The notes under the pieces were generated by a model. The model was given only the letters and a program-made list of their open reading frames with translations. It was not told where the DNA came from and made no database searches. From Escherichia coli (GTDB lineage Bacteria; Pseudomonadota; Gammaproteobacteria; Enterobacterales; Enterobacteriaceae), in NCBI RefSeq assembly GCF_003334355.1, contig NZ_QOWP01000026.1: 55,000 nucleotides of DNA; one strand, 5' to 3'. Of the stretch, positions 1 through 11,219 are shown piece by piece (the stretch's first letter is position 1; each line of letters starts with the position of its first letter). The translations under genes were made by a program, and so were the position numbers.

Positions 1-145
1 GATATAGCCTATATGCCTATGATGCGGAGGAATGAATGTGATGGGAGTGATGTATCTGAATAGTTGAAAAACCGCAGTCACGTCGTATGCAAGAACGTGC
101 TGCGGTTGGTTTGACTTTGATTGAGACGTTTTGGAATTTTTTTTG

Positions 146-197
146 TGGCAAAAATGGGGCAAAACGCTGCAAAAGGGGCAAAAAAGGGGCAAAAAAA
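146..197. repeat. Short tandem G-tract/A-tract motif, about five copies of a 9-12 bp GGGGCAAAA-like unit
   Basis: Read directly: gtggcaaaaa / tggggcaaaa / cgctgcaaaa / ggggcaaaaaa / ggggcaaaaaaa in tandem. No ORF of 60 aa or more covers it. Confidence 0.6.
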
Positions 198-492
198 GAG
201 TGGATTATCGTAGTTTATTGTTCTCGCTGATGATGTTTAACACATTGAAAAATAAGTAAAACACTTATGAGTCAGATAGTTGTGATTTTTGCCCTTACTT
301 GTTCAGGTTGTATTGTTCTTTCTTACTAATTTCTTGATTTTGCGACATTTAAAAGCGACTCAATTCGTTATATGGCATCAGAAGAGTATGCGTCATGCCG
401 GAACGCCCAGCATAAGAAATCTGATATAAAAAACTGTGGCGTGTATGGTACGGATTAGAGGGGAAAATGTCAGCACATTTGCGAAATGAATC

Positions 493-520
493 AAAAAGCC
501 CGCAGCAATGTGCGGGCGTT
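493..520 (-). terminator. Rho-independent terminator downstream of uspF
   Basis: GC stem gcccgca/tgcgggc with a T-run on the minus strand, immediately 3' of the uspF stop. Confidence 0.6.
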
Positions 521-524
521 AGTG

Positions 525-1040
<516 letters not shown>

Positions 1041-1065
1041 TTAGATCAAAGGAGGAAGAATAAGC

Positions 1066-1093
1066 AGAAAAAGCCCGCCATAACAGCGGGCAG
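1066..1093 (-). terminator. Terminator hairpin downstream of ompN
   Basis: Stem gcccgc/gcgggc followed by a T-run on the minus strand, 3' of the ompN stop. Confidence 0.5.
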
Positions 1094-1099
1094 GAGGAT

Positions 1100-2233
1100 T
1101 TAGAACTGATAAACCAGACCTAAAGCGACAATATCATCGGTAGAGATGCCATTGGCAGCGTAGAAGCTGTCATCTTCATCCAACAGGTTGATTTTATAGT
1201 CAACGTAGGTGGACATGTTTTTATTGAAATAGTAAGTCGCGCCAACATCGGCGTATTTAACCAGATCTTTATCATCAACACCTGCCGGGTTGTCTGCACC
1301 ACCCGCAGCGTGCAGGTCACGGCCTTTAGACATCAGGAAAGAGACTGCCGGACGCAGACCAAAATCAAACTGGTACTGTGCAGTGACTTCAAAATTCTGG
1401 GTTTTGTTTGCCACAGCATAATCGCTGTCGCCAAACGGGGTCATATTACGCGTTTCTGAATACATGGTTGCCAGGTAAATATTGTTAGCATCGTATTTTA
1501 GCCCAGCAGTCCACGCGTCTGCTTTATCACCACCCGCCGCAGTATGGTTAACCTGGTCATTGGTGCGGTCAGAAGAGGTGTATGCCGCACCAGCGCTAAA
1601 GCCCATGCCTAAATCATATGTTGTGGAAAGACCCCAGCCGTCACCGTTTTCATGGCGAACATCACGTCCGTTGTTGGTGCCTTCCTGACCATTACTGGCT
1701 CCTTCGTTGTTACCTTGATACTGCACCGCGAAGTTCAGACCATTTACCAGACCGAAGAAATCAGTATTACGATAAGTCGCGACGCCATTGGCTCGACCAG
1801 TCATAAAGTTGTCTGCATTGGTATAAGAGTCACCGCCAAATTCAGGCAGCATATCGGTCCAGCCTTCGATGTCGTACATTACGCCATAATTACGTCCGTA
1901 ATCGAAAGAACCGTAATCTGCAAATTTCAGCCCGGCAAATGCCAGACGGGTCCATGACTGGTTTTTTGAAGATTCAGTGTTGTTTGCCTGAATATTGTAT
2001 TCCCATTGACCGTAGCCAGTGAGTTGATCGTTAATTTGGGTTTCGCCTTTAAAACCCAGACGCGCATAGCTCTGGTCGCCATCTTTCGCTGAATTATCAG
2101 AAAAATAATGCAGGCCATCAACTTTGCCATACAGATCTAATTTGTTGCCGTCTTTATTATAAACTTCGGCTGCATGTGCAGCACCTGCGGCGAGCAGGGC
2201 AGGAATTAAAAGTGCCAGTACTTTGCTTTTCAT
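1100..2233 (-). CDS. ompN: Outer membrane porin OmpN (OmpC/OmpF family)
   Basis: 377 aa ORF with signal peptide [21 protein letters not shown] and C-terminal ...LVYQF; classic general-porin sequence. Confidence 0.9.
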   Translation of the reverse strand: MKSKVLALLIPALLAAGAAHAAEVYNKDGNKLDLYGKVDGLHYFSDNSAKDGDQSYARLGFKGETQINDQLTGYGQWEYNIQANNTESSKNQSWTRLAFAGLKFADYGSFDYGRNYGVMYDIEGWTDMLPEFGGDSYTNADNFMTGRANGVATYRNTDFFGLVNGLNFAVQYQGNNEGASNGQEGTNNGRDVRHENGDGWGLSTTYDLGMGFSAGAAYTSSDRTNDQVNHTAAGGDKADAWTAGLKYDANNIYLATMYSETRNMTPFGDSDYAVANKTQNFEVTAQYQFDFGLRPAVSFLMSKGRDLHAAGGADNPAGVDDKDLVKYADVGATYYFNKNMSTYVDYKINLLDEDDSFYAANGISTDDIVALGLVYQF

Positions 2234-2460
2234 TGAATAAATCCTTTAGTTATTTTATTTGCCTTTTATCCCCATTTCGGGGAGTGAAAACATCCTAAAG
2301 GAGAAGTTCAGTTAGCCGATAAATATCATTTGTTACGCCTTAAGTAAAACCTTAATCAAATAATTCCTCTGAAATGATAATAAGTCTGGTGAATGTATCG
2401 AAGATAATACATACAAAATAAAAATTATACTTTTAATTTGCTATACGTTATTCTGCGCGG

Positions 2461-2569
2461 GTTATATGCCTTTATTGTCACAGATTTTATTTTCTGTTGG
2501 GCCATTGCATTGCCACTGATTTTCCAACATATAAAAAGACAAGCCCGAACAGTCGTCCGGGCTTTTTTT
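2461..2569 (+). ncRNA. micC: MicC small regulatory RNA (Hfq-dependent, represses ompC)
   Basis: Sequence gttatatgcctttattgtcacagatttt...aagcccgaacagtcgtccgggcttttttttt matches the MicC sRNA I recall, ending in its own intrinsic terminator. It lies between ompN and ydbK as in E. coli. Confidence 0.9.
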
Positions 2570-2599
2570 TTAGAATTGGATAATCCTTATCCAGAGCAT

Positions 2600-5500
2600 T
2601 TAATCGGTGTTGCTTTTTTCCGCTTTTCCGGCCATTTGTGCCAGGAAGTCATAGCGTTTTTGCAAATCAGCTGCAGCATCTTTCCATAACTGTTCTGCCA
2701 CTTCTGGCTGCTGCGAATTCAGCCGACGGAAACGTTGCTCGTGAAGTAACGTTTCTTCCAGTGCTTCTGACGGCGGGCGTGAATCCAAGGCCAGCGGCAG
2801 TTTGCCTTCATCGGCACGACGCGGATCAAAGCGATATAGCGGCCAGAAGCCGGTAGCTGTGAGTTGGCGCATCTGGTCGTGGCTGAGTGCCAGATCGTAA
2901 CCATGCTCTTCACACGGGCTATAAGCAATGATCAGCGATGGCCCCGGATACGCTTCCGCTTCCTGAATCGCTTTCACCGTCTGGTTCAGCTGCGCGCCGA
3001 GAGAAATCTGCGCCACATAAACATGACCGTACATCATCATACTGACGCCAAGATCTTTACGCGCTTTACGTTTGCCGTGCTCGCCAAATTTAGTTACTGC
3101 ACCCAGCGGTGTCGCTTTCGACGCCTGACCACCGGTGTTGGAATAGCATTGCGTATCCAGCACCAGAATGTTGACGTTTTCCGTCAAACTCAATACATGA
3201 TCCAGACCGCCAAAGCCGATATCGTAAGCCCAGCCATCACCACCAATCAGCCAGATTGATTTTTCCACCAGTGCATCTGCATCACGTAGCAGTTCATGTG
3301 CTTCGGCAACATCGTTGAGTTGCTGGCGTAAAGCTGCAACCTGTTCACGACGAACCTCTGGCGTGGCGTCTGATTTCAACGCCGTCAGTAATTCCGCCGG
3401 GATTTTATCGGCAAATTGATCCAGCAGACGCAGCACGCGGACACGGTGTTGATCGACCGTCAGGCGGAAACCAAGGCCAAATTCGGCATTATCTTCAAAT
3501 AGAGAGTTCGCCCATGCCGGCCCACGACCGTTGGCATCGGTGGTATACGGTGTAGAGGGCAGGTTACCGCCATAAATTGAAGAACAGCCAGTGGCGTTAG
3601 CGATCAACATCCGGTCGCCATAGAGCTGAGTCAGTAATTTAATATACGGCGTCTCGCCACAACCGGAGCAAGCACCTGAATATTCAAACAGCGGTGTAAT
3701 CAGCTGCGATGTACGAATATCAATACGTTCCAGTTTGCTACGGTCGATTTCTGGCAGGTTGAGGAAGAAATCGTAATTGATTTTCTCTTCTTCGACATGT
3801 TCCAGGCGAGACATCATATTGATGGCTTTAATCTCTGGATTCTGACGGTCTTTCGCCGGGCAAACTTCGACGCACAGGTTACAACCGGTGCAATCTTCCG
3901 GTGCCACCTGCAAGACATATTTCTGCCCGCGCATATCACGCGATTTCACATCCAGCGAATGCAGGCTGGCAGGGGCGTTTTCCATCGCTTCAGGCGGCAC
4001 CACTTTTGCGCGAATAGCTGAGTGTGGGCAAGCGGCAACGCAGTGGTTACATTGGGTACAGAGTTCCTCTTTCCAGATGGGGATCTCTTCGGCGATATTG
4101 CGTTTTTCCCAGCGAGTGGTGCCCATCGGCCAGGTGCCGTCTGGCGGCAGCGCCGAAACGGGGAGGGCATCACCAAGCCCGGCGAGCATCGCAGCGGTTA
4201 CGGTTTTCACGAAATCAGGGGCGGCATCGGAAACCACTGGCGGTCGATTGGCGCTGTGCGGATTAACCGGCTGCAACGGAACTTCTTCTACGGATTCACG
4301 CGCCAGCGCCAGAGCCTGCCAGTTGCGTTCCACCAGATCCTGGCCTTTGCTACTGTAACTTTTGGCAATCGCACCCTGCAATTCTGCGAGGGCGCTATCG
4401 CCAGGCAGAATTTGCGTCAGATGGAAAAAAGCCATCTGCATGACGGTATTAATACGGGCCGCCAGGCCACATTCGCGGGCGATTTTCGCCGCGTTAATCA
4501 CATAGAAGCGCGCTTTTTTCTGGTTTAACACGGCCTGAACTTCTTGCGGCAAGCGTGACCACACTTCATCTGCGCTGTACGGTGTGTTGAGCAGGAAAAT
4601 GCCGCCAGGTTTTAAACGCTCAGCCATCTGATATTTATCGATAAACTGCAACTGGTGGCAGCCAACAAAATCAGCCTGGGAAATGAGATAAGCGGAACGA
4701 ATCGGCTGTTCGCTCACTCGAAGGTGAGAAACCGTCAGGCCGCCCGCCTTTTTGGAGTCGTAAACAAAATAGCCCTGTGCGTACCACGGCGTGGAATTAC
4801 CGATAATCTTGATATTGTTTTTGGTCGCGGAAACGCTGCCATCACTACCAAGGCCATAAAACAAGGCTTCCAGTTTCGCCGAGTTTGGCAGGGTGTTTTC
4901 CGGCAACGGCAGTGACAGATTGGTCACATCATCGTAAATACCAACCGTAAAGCGCGCTTTCGGTTTAGCCGCGTTGAGCTCGGCAAATACCGCCAGTACA
5001 CAGTCTGGGCCAAATTCTTTGGATGAAAGACCATAGCGCCCACCAATGACACGGGGCAGAGTTTCGCGCTCGCCATTATTAAAGGCTTCTGCCAGTGCGG
5101 TCATTACATCCAGATAGAGCGGTTCTGCCTGGGCACCGGGTTCTTTGGTTCTGTCCAGTACCGCCACGCTGCGTACGGATCCCGGCAGAGCTTGCAGTAA
5201 ATGTTTAGCGGAGAAGGGGCGGTACAGGCGAACTTTCAGCACGCCAACTTTTTCGCCACGGGTTAGCAATTCATCAACCACTTCTTCACAGGTACCAATG
5301 GCAGAGCCCATCAGGATAATCACCCGTTCCGCTTGCGGATGCCCGTAATATTCAAACGGCTGATACTGACGACCTGTCGCGGCAGAGAAATCATTCATCG
5401 CCTGTTCAACATGGTCATAGACCGCGTTGTACCATGGGTTGGTGGCTTCGCGAGACTGGAAATAAGTGTCAGGATTGGCGGACGTACCGCGGATCACCGG

Positions 5501-6124
5501 ATGTTCCGGGTTGAGTGCCCGGGCGCGATGAGCATCAATTTCGACCTGCGGCATGAGATCAAGAATCGTGTCATCGGCCAGCGGGACAATTTTATTGATT
5601 TCGTGGGACGTGCGGAAACCATCAAAGAAATGAATAAATGGCACGCGGCTTTTCAGCGTCGCGATTTGCGAAATGAGAGCAAAGTCTTGCGCTTCCTGGA
5701 CGTTTGCTGCACACAACATCGCGCAACCCGTCTGGCGCACCGCCATAACGTCGGAATGATCGCCAAAAATAGAGAGTGCATGTGTGGCAACGGTACGTGC
5801 CGCTACATGCAGGACAAACGGTGTTAGTTCGCCTGCCAGTTTGTACAGCGTCGGGATCATCAGCAGCAAACCCTGCGATGACGTAAACGATGTTGAAAGG
5901 ACACCCGTCTGCAAAGCGCCATGCACGGTAGCGATAGCACCCGCTTCCGACTGCATTTCAACCACGCGTGGTGTGTCTCCCCAAACGTTCTTTAAGCCGT
6001 TTCCGGCCCAGGCATCAGCCTGTTCTGCCATCGTGGAACTGGGGGTAATAGGGTAGATGGCGATAACTTCACTGGTGCGAAATGCGACCGAAGCAACCGC
6101 GCCATTACCGTCAATAGTAATCAT
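2600..6124 (-). CDS. ydbK: Pyruvate:flavodoxin/ferredoxin oxidoreductase (PFOR)
   Basis: 1174 aa ORF with two 4Fe-4S ferredoxin-type Cys clusters (CTQCNHCVAACP, CTGCNLCVEVCP) and a TPP-binding region; matches YdbK/Pfo. Confidence 0.95.
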   Translation of the reverse strand: MITIDGNGAVASVAFRTSEVIAIYPITPSSTMAEQADAWAGNGLKNVWGDTPRVVEMQSEAGAIATVHGALQTGVLSTSFTSSQGLLLMIPTLYKLAGELTPFVLHVAARTVATHALSIFGDHSDVMAVRQTGCAMLCAANVQEAQDFALISQIATLKSRVPFIHFFDGFRTSHEINKIVPLADDTILDLMPQVEIDAHRARALNPEHPVIRGTSANPDTYFQSREATNPWYNAVYDHVEQAMNDFSAATGRQYQPFEYYGHPQAERVIILMGSAIGTCEEVVDELLTRGEKVGVLKVRLYRPFSAKHLLQALPGSVRSVAVLDRTKEPGAQAEPLYLDVMTALAEAFNNGERETLPRVIGGRYGLSSKEFGPDCVLAVFAELNAAKPKARFTVGIYDDVTNLSLPLPENTLPNSAKLEALFYGLGSDGSVSATKNNIKIIGNSTPWYAQGYFVYDSKKAGGLTVSHLRVSEQPIRSAYLISQADFVGCHQLQFIDKYQMAERLKPGGIFLLNTPYSADEVWSRLPQEVQAVLNQKKARFYVINAAKIARECGLAARINTVMQMAFFHLTQILPGDSALAELQGAIAKSYSSKGQDLVERNWQALALARESVEEVPLQPVNPHSANRPPVVSDAAPDFVKTVTAAMLAGLGDALPVSALPPDGTWPMGTTRWEKRNIAEEIPIWKEELCTQCNHCVAACPHSAIRAKVVPPEAMENAPASLHSLDVKSRDMRGQKYVLQVAPEDCTGCNLCVEVCPAKDRQNPEIKAINMMSRLEHVEEEKINYDFFLNLPEIDRSKLERIDIRTSQLITPLFEYSGACSGCGETPYIKLLTQLYGDRMLIANATGCSSIYGGNLPSTPYTTDANGRGPAWANSLFEDNAEFGLGFRLTVDQHRVRVLRLLDQFADKIPAELLTALKSDATPEVRREQVAALRQQLNDVAEAHELLRDADALVEKSIWLIGGDGWAYDIGFGGLDHVLSLTENVNILVLDTQCYSNTGGQASKATPLGAVTKFGEHGKRKARKDLGVSMMMYGHVYVAQISLGAQLNQTVKAIQEAEAYPGPSLIIAYSPCEEHGYDLALSHDQMRQLTATGFWPLYRFDPRRADEGKLPLALDSRPPSEALEETLLHEQRFRRLNSQQPEVAEQLWKDAAADLQKRYDFLAQMAGKAEKSNTD

Positions 6125-6397
6125 ATGACACCCTTACATTGCGCAAATGAGGGGCGCACGAAATTGCTGCGCGCCCAGTAGTAATCTTTCAATTTTAGCA
6201 AATGGCTTTCTTCTGCATTTTCGCTTTTGTGTCCCCCACATCAGCGTAATGAATGTTTTGATCAAACAGAGGGCAAAAAAATAGCCATAAAAAAGTAAAA
6301 ATGCGGGGCAACGCGCAGGACAGCTCTCGACGCCGCCCTCTGTGCTGCCTATTATTTATGGCGGTGTCGTTTGGCTTGAAGATCAGAGGAAGAAAAG

Positions 6398-6664
6398 ATG
6401 CGAGCAGCGTTTTGGGTAGGGTGTGCCGCTTTATTGTTGTCGGCGTGTAGTAGTGAGCCTGTTCAGCAGGCGACTGCGGCGCACGTAGCGCCAGGTTTAA
6501 AAGCGTCGATGTCCAGTAGTGGAGAAGCAAATTGTGCAATGATCGGCGGTTCGCTTTCTGTTGCCCGTCAACTGGATGGTACGGCGATTGGGATGTGTGC
6601 ATTACCCAACGGCAAACGCTGTAGTGAACAGTCACTTGCCGCCGGGAGCTGTGGCAGCTATTAA
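6398..6664 (+). CDS. ydbJ: Small lipoprotein YdbJ (DUF333)
   Basis: 88 aa ORF with lipoprotein signal MRAAFWVGCAALLLSAC and an RBS upstream. Confidence 0.85.
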   Translation: MRAAFWVGCAALLLSACSSEPVQQATAAHVAPGLKASMSSSGEANCAMIGGSLSVARQLDGTAIGMCALPNGKRCSEQSLAAGSCGSY

Positions 6665-7083
6665 TTCATTAAATCCGCCAGCTTATAAGTTAATGTCTGT
6701 TTCGCGGTCGCCAGCGTTAACTGGTTCGCGGTCAGATCCACTTGTGCACCTTCTTTCAGCATTTCGCTAATGGTGTTATCGAGTTCATTAAGCTGCGGGT
6801 TAGCGCACATCATACGGGTCATTGCCAGCCCTTTGGCTGTCAGTTCACCATTAGACAGTTTGCCTTCACCGCTAAAGCGGTTACACATGCTGCCGGAAAT
6901 CATCATTTTTTCACCAAAGCTGATTTCTGGCGGATTTTTATCGCTGGTCACGGGCTTACCGTTTACGCTTTCCAGCACAAAGCGATGATGCTGTAACTGT
7001 TCTGGCGTTACAGCAATTTTGTCACTACTTACACATCCCGCCATCAGCAGGCTTAGCGCAACAAGCGCGGCTACTTTCTTCAT
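6661..7083 (-). CDS. hslJ: Heat-inducible lipoprotein HslJ
   Basis: Track ORF starts at a TTG; the likely start is the ATG giving MKKVAALVALSLLMAGC (lipobox), 140 aa. Confidence 0.85.
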   Translation of the reverse strand: MKKVAALVALSLLMAGCVSSDKIAVTPEQLQHHRFVLESVNGKPVTSDKNPPEISFGEKMMISGSMCNRFSGEGKLSNGELTAKGLAMTRMMCANPQLNELDNTISEMLKEGAQVDLTANQLTLATAKQTLTYKLADLMN

Positions 7084-7193
7084 TGTGGTTCTCAATTACA
7101 GTTTCTGACTCAGGGCTATTTTAAGAATAGAGGATGAAAGGTCTTTGGGGATTATCTGAATAAGCTCCCCTGGAATGCAGGGGAGCGGCAAGA

Positions 7194-8183
7194 TTAAACC
7201 AGTTCGTTCGGGCAGGTTTCGCCTTTTTCCAGATTGCTTAAGTTTTGCAGCGTAGTCTGAGAAATACTGGTCAGAGCTTCTGCTGTCAGGAATGCCTGAT
7301 GCCCGGTAAACAGCACGTTGTGGCAGGCAGACAGGCGACGGAATACGTCATCCTGAATTACGTCGTTGGATTTATCTTCAAAGAACAGATCGCGTTCGTT
7401 CTCATATACGTCCATACCCAACGAACCAATTTTCTGATTTTTCAGCGCTTCAATTGCCGCCTGAGAATCAATCAATGCACCGCGACTGGTATTGACGATC
7501 ATCACGCCATTTTTCATCTGATCGAAGGCGGCTTCGTTCAACAGATGGTAGTTTTCCGGTGTCAGCGGGCAGTGCAGAGAGATAACGTCTGATTCAGAGA
7601 ACAGGGTTGGCAGATCGACATACTCCACACCGAGTTCCAGCGCCGCCGCACTTGGATACGGATCGAACGCCAGCAGACGCATACCAAAACCTTTCAGAAT
7701 GCGCAGCATCGCCACACCAATTTTACCGGTACCGATAACGCCTGCCGTTTTGCCATACATAGTAAAGCCGGTCAGACCTTCCAGAGAGAAGTTAGCGTCA
7801 CGGGTACGCTGATACGCGCGGTGAATACGGCGGTTCAGCGTCATCATCATACCGATGGCGTGTTCAGCAACGGCTTCTGGATCATAGGCTGGAACACGGA
7901 CTACTTTCAGCCCCAGTTCTTTTGCCGCGTCAAGGTCGACGTTATTGAAACCGGCACAGCGCAGGGCGATATATTTAACGCCGTGCTTTTTCAGCTCTTC
8001 CAGCACCGGGCGGCTGCCGTCATCGTTTACGAAAATACATACCGCTTCGCAGCCATTGGCAGTTTTAGCGGTTTTTTCCGTCAGCAGAAAGTCAAAAAAT
8101 TCCAGCTCAAAGCCAAAGGACTCGTTCACCTGTTGCAGGTACTTCTTGTCGTACTGTTTTGTGCTATAAACGGCGAGTTTCAT
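7194..8183 (-). CDS. ldhA: Fermentative D-lactate dehydrogenase (NAD-dependent)
   Basis: 329 aa ORF with the D-2-hydroxyacid dehydrogenase NAD-binding motif GVIGTGKIG; matches LdhA. Confidence 0.95.
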   Translation of the reverse strand: MKLAVYSTKQYDKKYLQQVNESFGFELEFFDFLLTEKTAKTANGCEAVCIFVNDDGSRPVLEELKKHGVKYIALRCAGFNNVDLDAAKELGLKVVRVPAYDPEAVAEHAIGMMMTLNRRIHRAYQRTRDANFSLEGLTGFTMYGKTAGVIGTGKIGVAMLRILKGFGMRLLAFDPYPSAAALELGVEYVDLPTLFSESDVISLHCPLTPENYHLLNEAAFDQMKNGVMIVNTSRGALIDSQAAIEALKNQKIGSLGMDVYENERDLFFEDKSNDVIQDDVFRRLSACHNVLFTGHQAFLTAEALTSISQTTLQNLSNLEKGETCPNELV

Positions 8184-8390
8184 AAGACTTTCTCCAGTGA
8201 TGTTGAATCACATTTAAGCTACTAAAAATATTTTACAAAATTTCAAATTTAATTGAAAGCTATGGCGATATTGAAAAATTCATCAACAACTATGCTTAGT
8301 GTAGGCGCAACCTTCAACTGAACGGTTAAACATGCCACAATACCCGTATTGAATGCTTAATTTTTCGCTAAATCAGGATATTAACTACCC

Positions 8391-11030
8391 ATGCTGGGTA
8401 AATATAAAGCCGTTCTCGCGCTGTTATTACTGATTATTCTTGTGCCGTTGACGCTGTTGATGACGCTCGGGCTGTGGGTTCCCACGCTGGCGGGCATCTG
8501 GCTACCGCTCGGGACACGTATTGCATTAGATGAAAGCCCACGCATTACGCGTAAAGGTTTAATCATTCCCGATCTCCGTTATCTGGTGGGAGATTGTCAG
8601 CTTGCGCATATCACCAACGCCAGCCTTTCACATCCCAGCCGCTGGTTATTGAACGTCGGCACGGTAGAACTTGATTCTGCTTGTCTGGCGAAATTGCCGC
8701 AGACGGAGCAATCGCCAGCTGCTCCAAAAACCCTCGCGCAGTGGCAGTCCATGCTGCCTAACACCTGGATCAATATCGATAAACTGATTTTTTCTCCCTG
8801 GCAGGAATGGCAGGGAAAACTCTCTCTCGCATTAACCTCTGATATCCAGCAACTGCGTTATCAGGGCGAAAAAGTTAAATTTCAAGGCCAGCTGAAAGGG
8901 CAACAACTTACAGTCAGCGAACTGGATGTCGTCGCGTTTGAAAATCAGCCGCCGGTTAAACTGGTGGGGGAATTTACTATGCCGCTCGTGCCGGATGGAC
9001 TTCCTGTAAGTGGACATGCTACTGCGACGTTAAACTTGCCGCAGGAACCGTCACTGGTGGATGCAGAGCTGGACTGGCAGGAAAATAGCGGGCAATTGAT
9101 TGTGCTGGCACGGGATAACGGCGATCCGTTGCTCGATTTGCCGTGGCAAATTACTCGTCAACAATTGACCGTAAGCGATGGTCGCTGGAGTTGGCCGTAT
9201 GCAGGTTTTCCTTTGAGTGGCCGACTGGGTGTCAAAGTCGACAACTGGCAGGCAGGGCTTGAGAACGCTCTGATCAGCGGACGACTGAGTGTGCTGACCC
9301 AGGGGCAAGCGGGTAAAGGCAACGCGGTGCTAAATTTTGGCCCAGGAAAATTAAGCATGGATAACAGCCAGCTGCCTCTGCAGCTGACCGGTGAAGCGAA
9401 ACAGGCGGACCTCATTTTATATGCCCGCTTACCCGCGCAGCTAAGTGGAAGTCTGACTGACCCAACGCTGACCTTTGAGCCAGGCGCGTTACTTCGTTCA
9501 AAGGGAAGAGTCATCGATTCGCTGGACATCGATGAAATCCGCTGGCCTTTAGCGGGTGTAAAAGTCACCCAACGTGGTGTTGACGGACGTTTGCAGGCCA
9601 TCTTGCAGGCGCATGAAAATGAACTGGGCGATTTCGTGCTGCATATGGATGGGCTGGCGAATGATTTTCTCCCTGACGCTGGCCGCTGGCAGTGGCGCTA
9701 CTGGGGAAAAGGGAGTTTTACACCGATGAATGCCACCTGGGATGTCGCAGGAAAAGGTGAGTGGCATGACAGCACGATTACGCTGACCGATCTCTCCACC
9801 GGTTTCGACCAGTTACAATACGGTACGATGACGGTAGAAAAGCCGCGATTAATTCTCGACAAGCCCATCGTCTGGGTACGTGACGCACAGCATCCCTCCT
9901 TTAGCGGCGCGCTGTCACTGGACGCCGGGCAAACGCTGTTCACTGGCGGCAGTGTGTTACCGCCATCAACCTTAAAATTTAGCGTCGATGGGCGCGATCC
10001 TACCTATTTCCTCTTTAAAGGCGATTTACATGCTGGTGAGATTGGCCCGGTTCGGGTAAATGGTCGCTGGGACGGTATTCGTCTGCGCGGTAACGCCTGG
10101 TGGCCTAAACAATCACTGACCGTATTCCAGCCGCTGGTGCCACCCGACTGGAAGATGAACTTACGCGATGGTGAACTGTATGCTCAAGTTGCATTTTCTG
10201 CTGCGCCTGAACAAGGATTCCGCGCGGGAGGGCACGGCGTGTTGAAAGGCGGTAGTGCCTGGATGCCAGATAATCAGGTTAACGGTGTCGATTTTGTCCT
10301 GCCTTTCCGTTTTGCCGATGGAGCCTGGCATCTGGGGACTCGCGGCCCCGTTACGTTGCGAATTGCCGAAGTGATTAATCTGGTGACAGCGAAAAATATT
10401 ACGGCTGATTTGCAAGGGCGTTATCCGTGGACTGAAGAAGAACCCTTGCTGTTGACTGATGTTATCGTCGATGTGTTAGGCGGTAACGTGCTGATGAAAC
10501 AATTACGTATGCCGCAACATGACCCGGCGCTGTTGCGGCTGAATAATCTCTCATCCAGCGAACTGGTTAGCGCCGTCAATCCGAAACAATTCGCCATGTC
10601 CGGGGCATTTAGTGGTGCATTGCCGTTATGGCTAAACAACGAAAAATGGATAGTGAAAGATGGTTGGCTGGCAAATAGCGGGCCAATGACCTTGCGGCTG
10701 GATAAAGACACCGCAGATGCGGTGGTGAAAGACAATATGACTGCGGGTTCAGCAATTAACTGGTTGCGCTATATGGAAATTAGCCGGTCATCGACAAAAA
10801 TTAACTTAGATAATCTCGGTTTATTAACCATGCAGGCCAACATTACAGGTACCAGTCGCGTTGATGGTAAAAGCGGTACGGTAAACCTTAATTACCATCA
10901 TGAAGAGAATATTTTTACGCTGTGGCGCAGTTTACGCTTTGGCGATAATCTCCAGGCATGGTTGGAGCAGAACGTACGTCTGCCGGGAAATGACTGTCCG
11001 CAAGGAAAAGAGTGTGAGGAAAAACAATGA
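8391..11030 (+). CDS. ydbH: AsmA-like family protein YdbH (envelope lipid-transport family)
   Basis: 879 aa ORF with an N-terminal transmembrane anchor (LALLLLIILVPLTLLMTLGLWV) and a long periplasmic body; first gene of a three-gene overlapping operon. Confidence 0.9.
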   Translation: MLGKYKAVLALLLLIILVPLTLLMTLGLWVPTLAGIWLPLGTRIALDESPRITRKGLIIPDLRYLVGDCQLAHITNASLSHPSRWLLNVGTVELDSACLAKLPQTEQSPAAPKTLAQWQSMLPNTWINIDKLIFSPWQEWQGKLSLALTSDIQQLRYQGEKVKFQGQLKGQQLTVSELDVVAFENQPPVKLVGEFTMPLVPDGLPVSGHATATLNLPQEPSLVDAELDWQENSGQLIVLARDNGDPLLDLPWQITRQQLTVSDGRWSWPYAGFPLSGRLGVKVDNWQAGLENALISGRLSVLTQGQAGKGNAVLNFGPGKLSMDNSQLPLQLTGEAKQADLILYARLPAQLSGSLTDPTLTFEPGALLRSKGRVIDSLDIDEIRWPLAGVKVTQRGVDGRLQAILQAHENELGDFVLHMDGLANDFLPDAGRWQWRYWGKGSFTPMNATWDVAGKGEWHDSTITLTDLSTGFDQLQYGTMTVEKPRLILDKPIVWVRDAQHPSFSGALSLDAGQTLFTGGSVLPPSTLKFSVDGRDPTYFLFKGDLHAGEIGPVRVNGRWDGIRLRGNAWWPKQSLTVFQPLVPPDWKMNLRDGELYAQVAFSAAPEQGFRAGGHGVLKGGSAWMPDNQVNGVDFVLPFRFADGAWHLGTRGPVTLRIAEVINLVTAKNITADLQGRYPWTEEEPLLLTDVIVDVLGGNVLMKQLRMPQHDPALLRLNNLSSSELVSAVNPKQFAMSGAFSGALPLWLNNEKWIVKDGWLANSGPMTLRLDKDTADAVVKDNMTAGSAINWLRYMEISRSSTKINLDNLGLLTMQANITGTSRVDGKSGTVNLNYHHEENIFTLWRSLRFGDNLQAWLEQNVRLPGNDCPQGKECEEKQ

Positions 11031-11212
11031 AAATTTTACTGGCTGCGTTGACGTCATCTTTTATGCTGGTTGGCTGTACGCCTCGCATTGAAGTCGCTGC
11101 ACCTAAGGAACCGATCACTATCAATATGAACGTTAAAATTGAGCATGAGATCATCATCAAGGCAGACAAAGATGTCGAAGAGCTGCTTGAAACTCGTAGC
11201 GATCTTTTCTGA
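11027..11212 (+). CDS. ynbE: Small lipoprotein YnbE
   Basis: 61 aa ORF with lipobox MKILLAALTSSFMLVGC; its start overlaps the ydbH stop (ATGA). Confidence 0.85.
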   Translation: MKILLAALTSSFMLVGCTPRIEVAAPKEPITINMNVKIEHEIIIKADKDVEELLETRSDLF

Positions 11213-11219
11213 GGTGATG

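Noticed and set aside
1-63. Possible 3' end of a plus-strand ORF cut by the window edge (ends at TAG 61..63)
   Set aside because: Too short to evaluate and no recognisable protein; not called.
6195-6635. 146 aa minus-strand ORF overlapping ydbJ and the ydbK/ydbJ intergenic region
   Set aside because: It is antisense to the lipoprotein gene ydbJ, which has a clear RBS and signal peptide; sequence is low-complexity with no motif; likely spurious.
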